A DNA stretch of 64,000 nucleotides from Armatimonadota bacterium (GTDB lineage: Bacteria > Armatimonadota > SYMT01), in assembly GCA_041690135.1 (NCBI GenBank), contig JAWLHY010000002.1, positions 976,342 to 1,040,341 on the forward strand, written 5' to 3'. Of the stretch, positions 57,413 to 64,000 are shown piece after piece (positions within the stretch are counted from its first letter, which is position 1; every line of letters begins with the position of its first letter). A program made the position numbers and the translations under genes. Under the pieces are notes generated by a model. The model saw only the letters and a list, made by a program, of their open reading frames with translations. It had not been told where the DNA came from and did not search any database.

Positions 57413-58423
57413 ATGGAACTGCCGAGCGACTACCCGCCTTCCGAAGGCCGCTGGACCCCCAAGCGCCCCGTCCTCCGCCGCATCCTGTGGTACCGCGAGC
57501 GGATCGTCCATCACGGCGGCTTCACCCTGGCCGAGGCTCTCGACGCGCTGGAGATCCACGAGCGGACCTTCCACCGCGACATGGCCTACCTCCGCACCCT
57601 CCACTGGGACCTCGACTTCAACCGCCGGACCCTCCGCTGGGAGACCGGCGATGGCCTGGCGCCGCTCCCCCTCGCCACGGTGGGGGAGGGCGAGATGCTG
57701 GCGCTGCTGGTCGCCGAGCAGGCCCTCCGCTCCTACGCCGGTACCCCCTACGGCGAGTTGGTCCACCAGGCGCTCCACAAGCTGATCGACTTCTTCGACG
57801 CGCCTCTTACCGTGGACCTCAACCAGCCGTTCGTGCCCGTCGTCGGCGGCCCGCCCGTCCGCCGCGTGCAGACCCAGCAGTACCTCCGGCTCTTCGCCGC
57901 CTGCCGCGAGTGCCGCCGCCTGGAGCTCGAGTATTACTCCGCGGACCGCGGCGAGTGGACCACCCGCCGCGTCGATCCCTACCGCCTCTGGCTGTACGGC
58001 GGTGACCCCTACCTCATCGCCTACGATCATCGCCGCGGGAAGCCGCTCACCTTCGCCCTCGGCGAGCGGATGCGTTCCATCCGCGATACCGGCGAGACCT
58101 TCGAGCTCGACCCGGAGTTCGATCTGGACGCCTTCCTCGCGTCCGGCTTCGGCCTCTTCCAGGGCGGCCCCGTGGAGGACGTGGTCCTGCACTTCAGCTC
58201 CCGCGTGGCCCACTTCCTGAACGAGCGCGCCTGGCACGAGTCGGAGTCCAAAACCTCGCTCCCCCACGGCGGCCTGGAGCTGCGGATGCGCGTGCCCGTG
58301 AACATCGGCCTGCTCCGCTTCATCCTCCAATACGGCCCCGATGTCACCGTCGTGGAGCCGGCTTCCCTGCGCGCAGACGTTGCCGGGCTGCTGCGCAAAG
58401 CCCTGGAGGGCTATGGGGACTGA
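57413..58423 (+). CDS. HTH-WYL-WCX transcriptional regulator
   Basis: wHTH (LEIHERTFHRDMAYLR); WYL domain (RRVDPYRL...YLIAYDHRR...TFALGERM); WCX domain (WH..., ILQYGPDV.VVEP..LR). Confidence 0.93.
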   Translation: MELPSDYPPSEGRWTPKRPVLRRILWYRERIVHHGGFTLAEALDALEIHERTFHRDMAYLRTLHWDLDFNRRTLRWETGDGLAPLPLATVGEGEMLALLVAEQALRSYAGTPYGELVHQALHKLIDFFDAPLTVDLNQPFVPVVGGPPVRRVQTQQYLRLFAACRECRRLELEYYSADRGEWTTRRVDPYRLWLYGGDPYLIAYDHRRGKPLTFALGERMRSIRDTGETFELDPEFDLDAFLASGFGLFQGGPVEDVVLHFSSRVAHFLNERAWHESESKTSLPHGGLELRMRVPVNIGLLRFILQYGPDVTVVEPASLRADVAGLLRKALEGYGD

Positions 58424-58666
58424 AGAGGGAGGCCAACTTAGTGCCGAGTGCCGGCCGCTGCTCCCCTCAATCTGTTGGTCAGGTAGTCGCTGTGGCGGAG
58501 ATGACACGCACCGCGAACGGAGAATGAGAGTTGTTTGGATATTCTTCTTGAAGCAGAGAAGGAACCGGCTGCTAGAGTATCGAATATTCTACGCGAACGT
58601 TTGGTGGTGGGCTGTTCGAATGTAAATCACACGCCTGCGGTGTGCGTGATGGGAGGAGATGCGGCG

Positions 58667-59293
58667 GTGAAGCGATACGAGGTGAGTTTTGAAGTTGAAG
58701 GGCCGGCCGCCATGTTCAACCGGCCGGACGCGGGTTCTACGCCCATTTCCTATCCGGTACCCACTTACTCTGCCTTGAAGGGCATGTTTGAAGCCGTTGC
58801 GCGCCTCCACGGAGCGTATCTCCGGCCGGTTCGTGTTGAGATATGCCGGCCCATCCGTTTTGAGAAATATGCCACGAATTACGGGGGGCCATTGCGCAAG
58901 CCCGACCAGATCAAGAAGGGCAACAACTATCAACTCGTAGCAACCATTCTCGTCGATGTTTGTTACCGAGTGTATGGGGATGTGCAACCCACGGGTGACG
59001 GTGATGGTTCGCTCAATCGCCTCCACGCGCTTCAAGTAATGTTCGAACGGAGACTGGCGAACGGGCAGTGGTACTATCCACCGGTGCTTGGCTGGAAGGA
59101 ATTCGTTCCAACGTATTTCGGACCTCTCCGGGACGGGAGCCGGCCGGAACCGGATGTGAACCTCTTTCTTCCCGCCCTGCTCCATTCGGTGTTCGATCGC
59201 CCGAAGGCCGGACGTGTCGCTCCGAGCTTTCGGCGGAATGTTCACGTTCGTGAAGGCGTGATCAATTTTGAGGAGGCGGCCGGTGCTGAGTGA
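58667..59293 (+). CDS. cas5: Type I-C-like Cas5
   Basis: GTG with GGAGGAG SD; EVEGPAAMFNRPD, SYPVPTYSALKGMFEAV, LVDVCYRV, MFERRL..GQ...P.LGWKEF. Confidence 0.9.
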   Translation: MKRYEVSFEVEGPAAMFNRPDAGSTPISYPVPTYSALKGMFEAVARLHGAYLRPVRVEICRPIRFEKYATNYGGPLRKPDQIKKGNNYQLVATILVDVCYRVYGDVQPTGDGDGSLNRLHALQVMFERRLANGQWYYPPVLGWKEFVPTYFGPLRDGSRPEPDVNLFLPALLHSVFDRPKAGRVAPSFRRNVHVREGVINFEEAAGAE

Positions 59294-61427
59294 AGTCTAC
59301 CGCTTGTGGTGTAGCCTCGACCGAGCAGGTGTGGAGTTACCGCGAGTGCATCCCCGGGTGAATATTCCGGGCAGTACCAGTGGGCCTTGTCTGCGAGTCC
59401 GACTTAACCCGGAAGGAAGAGTTGCCGGTCTCGACGGTGTCACCCCAGATGACTGGTCGGGGCTATGGACGGTAGTTAGAACCAGCGAGGGTAGCTTCCC
59501 GGTAATTCGTGTAAAGCAACCACTTCTTTCGGTGCCGGCTGGCCTTGTGCTGTGGGCAGAACTGGCTGAAGCAAAAAAGGCAAAGGATCAGCGCAGGCGC
59601 ATCCGGATCTTGCAAGAGGCTGTCAGCTTTGCTCCAGACGCGTTGTTGCTCAAGAAGACTCTTGACCTCATACGCCGTGTAAGAGACGAGAAGGCAGGCG
59701 AACTGCTCGCCTGCACCGACCCTTGCGATCCGGATTTTGCAGCCCTCCCGGAGTTCGCCCGACGTTTCCAGCTAGCGGCACGCGAGCCGCTAACTCTCCT
59801 CGGCGAGGTTGGTACACAGGCGGTAGCAGGTCTGCTTTCAGGGCAGTCGGAGCTTCTGGATGTTGTCGAGGTCCTTCTACTTGGGAAAGGCGCACCCATT
59901 GATGACGGCTCACGACCGGACATCAATATTCAGCTTGCCTTCTGCCTTGATGATGAGCGCCTCTACCGGCGCCGTCTTTATAGCCGACACATGCGAGAGT
60001 TCGTAATGCAGATCCTTCCCAGTGAGCCGGATGCAGGTGGCCGGCCAGCACCTACGGATGGACGTGCTGAGGCTCTGGAGTGCGCCTTTATCGGGGTTTC
60101 GAAGGGCCTGCAGCACTCTGCCTTTCCCCCAGTTCGGCTCCCCCTGGTTGCTGAGAAGGGGGTGCCGTTGGTCTCCATGTTTAGCGAGGCCGCGTGTAAC
60201 CGTCGCTACGGACTTACCGACTCCTCGGTCGTGCCTGTTGACAAAGGCATGGCCTTACAGATGGCTGCCGCACTCCGGTGGGTGACTCTTGATGAGCGAC
60301 GCGGTGTAACCTGGAGAGGCGTTGCAAGCGGGAAGTTCGAGGCTTCTTCCCGCGGGAAGGTGGAAAAGCGAGATCTCCTTCTGGTGTATGTCGAGGATGA
60401 GCCCGAAATTCGTGCGGAATTTGCTGACTTCTTTGGCACGGATGCCTCCACACTCCAGAAGCAATTCGACGTCGAAACGGCTTCTGTTTGCGAGGCACTC
60501 GAAGGTCTCTCCAAGCGGAAGCCTCAAAGTCAGCTAAACCTAATCCTCATTCGTCAGGCTTCCGAGGGTCAGGTGCACGTCGCTCTTGCAGAGTCCGTCT
60601 CGGTCGTGGAGCTTCTGCATGGGGCTCAGCGGTGGCAAGAAGGTGCCAGGAACCTCCCGCCAATCGCCTTGCCTGTTCCGGGCAGCAAAGGGCAGAAAGC
60701 CGAACTACATCGCCCACGTGCTCCCTTCCCTGATCAAGTGGTCCGTCTGCTATCTGAAGACTGGGTCACGAATGGGACCAGGTCGAACAAGGTGGAGGGG
60801 ATCGGCCTCGGTCAGGTACTCGAAGTAATGCTGTGCAAGCCGGGCAAGTGGGAGCCGGGAGCTCGGTACTTGTTGGACCTCACTCTGCGCCGCACACAAT
60901 CGCTGCTTGTAGGAGTATTTGGCGCCCTTCGCACACCCGACCGCCGGAAGTGGGATGACTATGGTGCCGCTGTAAGAGAGAATGCTCTTCGGAGTGTGAG
61001 CATAATGGGGATTCTCCTGAGTGCTCTCGACCGCCAGAAGGAGACTTATATGGATTCGCCCACATTTCTTGTCGGGCGCTTGCTGTCGCTCGCCGACACG
61101 CTCCACCTCGAATACTGCAAGCACGTACGGGGAGGCGATATCCCGCCGCAACTCATTGGCAATGCGCTGATGCCGGTCGCCCGTGATAATCCGCTGGCTG
61201 CCGTGGATCGGCTTGGCGAACGATTGAGTGTTTACAAGGCATGGGCCACCAAGGCATCCGGCGATGACGTGGGCCTCGCGAAGTGGGCGGTTGGGCAAAT
61301 GGGTGAGGTCTGCCGTAGTTTGGCGGAGAAGCCTCCGTCCATTACGACAAATGAGGTGGACAGGGCCGAGATCTTCCTCGGTTACATGGCGAGTACTAAA
61401 GGTTCGTCCGGTGGAACGAACGGTTGA
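59283..61427 (+). CDS. cas8c: Cas8c-like large subunit (divergent)
   Basis: Lies between cas5 and cas7; MLSEVY start; C-terminal FLVGRLL...IFLGY small-subunit domain. Confidence 0.75.
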   Translation: MLSEVYRLWCSLDRAGVELPRVHPRVNIPGSTSGPCLRVRLNPEGRVAGLDGVTPDDWSGLWTVVRTSEGSFPVIRVKQPLLSVPAGLVLWAELAEAKKAKDQRRRIRILQEAVSFAPDALLLKKTLDLIRRVRDEKAGELLACTDPCDPDFAALPEFARRFQLAAREPLTLLGEVGTQAVAGLLSGQSELLDVVEVLLLGKGAPIDDGSRPDINIQLAFCLDDERLYRRRLYSRHMREFVMQILPSEPDAGGRPAPTDGRAEALECAFIGVSKGLQHSAFPPVRLPLVAEKGVPLVSMFSEAACNRRYGLTDSSVVPVDKGMALQMAAALRWVTLDERRGVTWRGVASGKFEASSRGKVEKRDLLLVYVEDEPEIRAEFADFFGTDASTLQKQFDVETASVCEALEGLSKRKPQSQLNLILIRQASEGQVHVALAESVSVVELLHGAQRWQEGARNLPPIALPVPGSKGQKAELHRPRAPFPDQVVRLLSEDWVTNGTRSNKVEGIGLGQVLEVMLCKPGKWEPGARYLLDLTLRRTQSLLVGVFGALRTPDRRKWDDYGAAVRENALRSVSIMGILLSALDRQKETYMDSPTFLVGRLLSLADTLHLEYCKHVRGGDIPPQLIGNALMPVARDNPLAAVDRLGERLSVYKAWATKASGDDVGLAKWAVGQMGEVCRSLAEKPPSITTNEVDRAEIFLGYMASTKGSSGGTNG
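61050..61427 (+). CDS. cas11: Internally translated Cas11 small subunit (in frame within cas8)
   Basis: AAGGAG (61038-61043), 6 nt, then in-frame ATG at the start of the GRL...FLGY helical domain; 125 aa. Confidence 0.7.
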   Translation: MDSPTFLVGRLLSLADTLHLEYCKHVRGGDIPPQLIGNALMPVARDNPLAAVDRLGERLSVYKAWATKASGDDVGLAKWAVGQMGEVCRSLAEKPPSITTNEVDRAEIFLGYMASTKGSSGGTNG

Positions 61428-61445
61428 GAACAACAGGAGGAGAAG

Positions 61446-62309
61446 ATGGCAGATAGCGGGACGGAGTCGGTGCCCCGAGCGACGGGGTTGCTGGTGATCG
61501 AAGTGCGGAACTCCAATCCGAACGGTGATCCGGACCAGGAGAGTGACCCTCGTCAGCGGAGTCATGATCTGCGCGGAGTCATTTCCGGTGTGTCATTCAA
61601 ACGTAAGTTGCGTGACCTGGTGCAGGACAAGGAAGGACCAGTCTGGACTGAGGTGAGCCGGCACTTGGGCATTGGTGACCTGAGTGAGGAGTTTCATATT
61701 CTCGAAAGCCGCGGACGCGTGAGAAAGACCATTGAGGAAGAGATCAAAAGCGGCAAGTTCGAGGGTAAGTACTGGGACGCACGTCTCTTCGGCAATACGT
61801 TTCTGGAGAAGGATGGCACTGACTCACTCCGCACTGGCGTTGCGCAGTTCCCAATAGGCATATCCGTGGCGCCTATTCGCATCGAGCGCATGACGAACAC
61901 CAACAAGTCCGGTGTTCAGGAAGGTAAAGATCGGGGCATGGCTCCTCTCGGGTATCGCGTCGTTGAACATGGGGTCTATTGTATGCCGTTCTTCATCAAC
62001 CCCACGGCGGCTACTCGCACTGGCTGCACGCGCCGCGACGTCGAACTGCTGTTGAAGCTCATTCCTTACGCATATCCCCACACCGCTTCGCACGTTCGTC
62101 CCTACGTTGAAGTGCGTCACGCCTGGTATGTCGAGCACAAGTCGCGGTTAGGGTCCTGCTCCGACTTCGCAATCATCGATGCCTTGACGCCTCGTCGGAC
62201 AGGAAATCCAGACGCACCTTCGACGAGTTGGGCCGATTACGATGTGCCAACGGATCTCGACGGCCTTCGAGATCGCGTTCAACCCCTCCGCGACCTGGTA
62301 GCTGAGTGA
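61446..62309 (+). CDS. cas7: Type I-C Cas7 (Csd2-like)
   Basis: EVRNSNPNGDPD..SDPR, VSFKRKLRD, WDARLFG, TGVAQF, INP..A.RTG.T..D. Confidence 0.92.
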   Translation: MADSGTESVPRATGLLVIEVRNSNPNGDPDQESDPRQRSHDLRGVISGVSFKRKLRDLVQDKEGPVWTEVSRHLGIGDLSEEFHILESRGRVRKTIEEEIKSGKFEGKYWDARLFGNTFLEKDGTDSLRTGVAQFPIGISVAPIRIERMTNTNKSGVQEGKDRGMAPLGYRVVEHGVYCMPFFINPTAATRTGCTRRDVELLLKLIPYAYPHTASHVRPYVEVRHAWYVEHKSRLGSCSDFAIIDALTPRRTGNPDAPSTSWADYDVPTDLDGLRDRVQPLRDLVAE

Positions 62310-64000
62310 TGTCCGATCCTCTCGCCCATAGCCCGCGACCCCCGATTGCCTCCCAGAAGTACTGCGACCATGTGGGGAACGTGGGGAGAGGCGCGGCTAG
62401 GAACGCGTCCGCGGCCGCCACCTTCTATACCGGTGACAGTGCCCAGTTCGTGGATGTGGTCCGCGCGGCGGCGGACTACCACGATTTGGGAAAGCTGGAT
62501 GAAGCCAACCAGGAGGTGCTTCGCCGGGTATCGCGGGATCCGCTTCCGATAAGGCATGAGGACGCGGGGATCGCTGCACTCCTTCAGTTGCGCCGGAGGG
62601 AGTCGGCGATCCTCGTGGCGGCGCACCATGCGGGGCTCTTCGGTCAGGCCGCGGAGATGGAAAAGCCTGAGGGGCGATTGTTCCGCATTCCGGAAGTTGC
62701 GGATCGCACTGATCGATGCCTTGACGATTACCTTCGCGCTCATGAGGAAGCCGCATGCCCCGCCTGGTCGGAGTTACCGCCGAACCAGATTCACAGGTGC
62801 GGTTTCACGCGGCGGGTCGCGCTTTCATGTCTGGTGGATGCTGATCACGGAGATACGGCGCACAATTATGGTCGGGAGGTGGCCGTCGTCCCTCCCGACC
62901 CCAGGTGGGAGGAGCGCCTCGCAGCCCTCGACCGCTTTATTGCGAACCTCCCACGTGTGAACCCTGCTCGGGACGACCTTCGGCAAAGGGTGTTTGAATG
63001 TTGTCGTGCCGCTCCAATCGAGCCTGCGATCCGCTCCTGCGATGCCCCGGTCGGCAGTGGTAAGACGACAGCGGTCATGGCTCATCTGCTTCAGGCCGCG
63101 ATTGGAAAGAATCTGCGCCGCATCTTCGTCGTTCTTCCCTACACGAATATCATTCGCCAATCGGTGGAAATCTACCGGGATGCGCTCGTGCTGCCTGGCG
63201 AAAGGCCGGAGGACATCGTCGCCGAGCACCACCATCGGGCAGAGTTCCAGGACCTGGAGCTCCGTCAACTCGCCACACTCTGGCGTGCTCCCATCGTAGT
63301 GACCACGGCGGTTCAGTTTTTTGAAACGCTGGGAGCTTCTCATCCCGCCCGGCTTCGCAAACTGCACGAGTTGCCGGGTTCCGCAGTCTTTGTGGATGAG
63401 ACTCATGCCGCGATCCCCTCCCATCTTTGGCCGCAGATGTGGAAATGGCTGGAGACCTGGACGCGAGATTGGCGGGGGCACCTGGTTCTGGCGAGTGGAT
63501 CTCTACCACGCTTCTGGGAATTGGAAGAGTTTGTAGACCCACCGAGAGCGCCCAATGAGATACCGGATCTCGTCACCGAAGACCTCCGGCACGAGTTAGA
63601 GGCCGCCGAACAGGTGCGGACGCGACTACGCCGGCTTGACAACGGCTTGACCAGTCAGGAGTTGATCGACCTCGTAACCAGTCAGCCGGGCCCACGTCTC
63701 CTCATCCTGAACACGGTTCAGTCGGCGGCAGTGATCGCCGAACGGATGCGCAACCAGGGCCACCACGTAGTCCATCTCTCGACCGCTTTAGCGCCGGCGC
63801 ATCGGGATCTAATCGTTACGAGGGTGAAAGAACGGTTGCGCCTCGGATTCAACGACTGGACCCTGGTAGCGACCAGTTGCGTGGAGGCGGGGATGAACTT
63901 CTCCTTCCGTACCGGATTCCGCGAAAGTGCTGGAGTTGCCAACCTGATCCAGGTGAGCGGGCGCGTGAGTCGCGGTGGCGAACATTCCGAAGCCGTGGTT
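62309..64000 (+). CDS. cas3: Cas3 HD nuclease-helicase, truncated by window edge
   Basis: Not in the ORF track. TGATG overlap with cas7. Manual translation: LAHS, DH, YHDLGK, HEDAG, AAHHAGL, LVDADH, APVGSGKT, LPYTNII, TTAVQFF, VDETH, NTV, HLST, ATSCVEAG, QVSGRVSR. Confidence 0.93.
   Translation, partial: MSDPLAHSPRPPIASQKYCDHVGNVGRGAARNASAAATFYTGDSAQFVDVVRAAADYHDLGKLDEANQEVLRRVSRDPLPIRHEDAGIAALLQLRRRESAILVAAHHAGLFGQAAEMEKPEGRLFRIPEVADRTDRCLDDYLRAHEEAACPAWSELPPNQIHRCGFTRRVALSCLVDADHGDTAHNYGREVAVVPPDPRWEERLAALDRFIANLPRVNPARDDLRQRVFECCRAAPIEPAIRSCDAPVGSGKTTAVMAHLLQAAIGKNLRRIFVVLPYTNIIRQSVEIYRDALVLPGERPEDIVAEHHHRAEFQDLELRQLATLWRAPIVVTTAVQFFETLGASHPARLRKLHELPGSAVFVDETHAAIPSHLWPQMWKWLETWTRDWRGHLVLASGSLPRFWELEEFVDPPRAPNEIPDLVTEDLRHELEAAEQVRTRLRRLDNGLTSQELIDLVTSQPGPRLLILNTVQSAAVIAERMRNQGHHVVHLSTALAPAHRDLIVTRVKERLRLGFNDWTLVATSCVEAGMNFSFRTGFRESAGVANLIQVSGRVSRGGEHSEAVV

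Noticed and set aside
57087-58666. CRISPR array or mini-array flanking the WYL gene or cas5
   Set aside because: No repeated 28-37-bp unit with spacers. There is only a weak hairpin near 58626-58650 with no second copy.
1-64000. tRNA, rRNA, integrase or transposase genes
   Set aside because: None recognised on either strand by inspection. tRNAscan or Infernal would be needed to exclude them formally.

Overview
GC-rich bacterial chromosomal segment. It is probably Armatimonadota-like, inferred from the '[29 protein letters not shown]' prepilin/H-X9-DG gene, many Tat substrates and LPS-heptose genes. Most of the window is housekeeping and envelope genes: a truncated ferritin-like gene, three tandem cyclophilins, acyltransferase/epimerase/hldD, an APC permease, a large SBBP-FN3 surface protein, a PQQ dehydrogenase, a hybrid kinase, PfpI, ArgE-like, Gfo/Idh/MocA, nucleoside hydrolase, sulfatase, ileS, Uma2, DksA/TraR, mutL, DUF58, PilT, sialidase-like, mutY-mutT, S8 protease, MerC, metallophosphoesterase, redoxin, SDR and PadR-CPBP. 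The right end holds a WYL regulator followed by a divergent type I-C-like operon (cas5-cas8/cas11-cas7-cas3, cas3 runs off the edge); no array, cas1, cas2, cas4 or cas6 is visible in the window. Unusual structure: a GxxExxY nuclease-fold gene bracketed by 39-bp inverted repeats made of 9-mers; many orphan 6-9-mer periodic tracts at gene ends, one inside a coding frame; an orphan H-X9-DG C-terminal cassette behind a DUF1559-type gene; and an inverted repeat enclosing a promoter-like core. All family assignments come from motif recognition by eye; no database searches were run.
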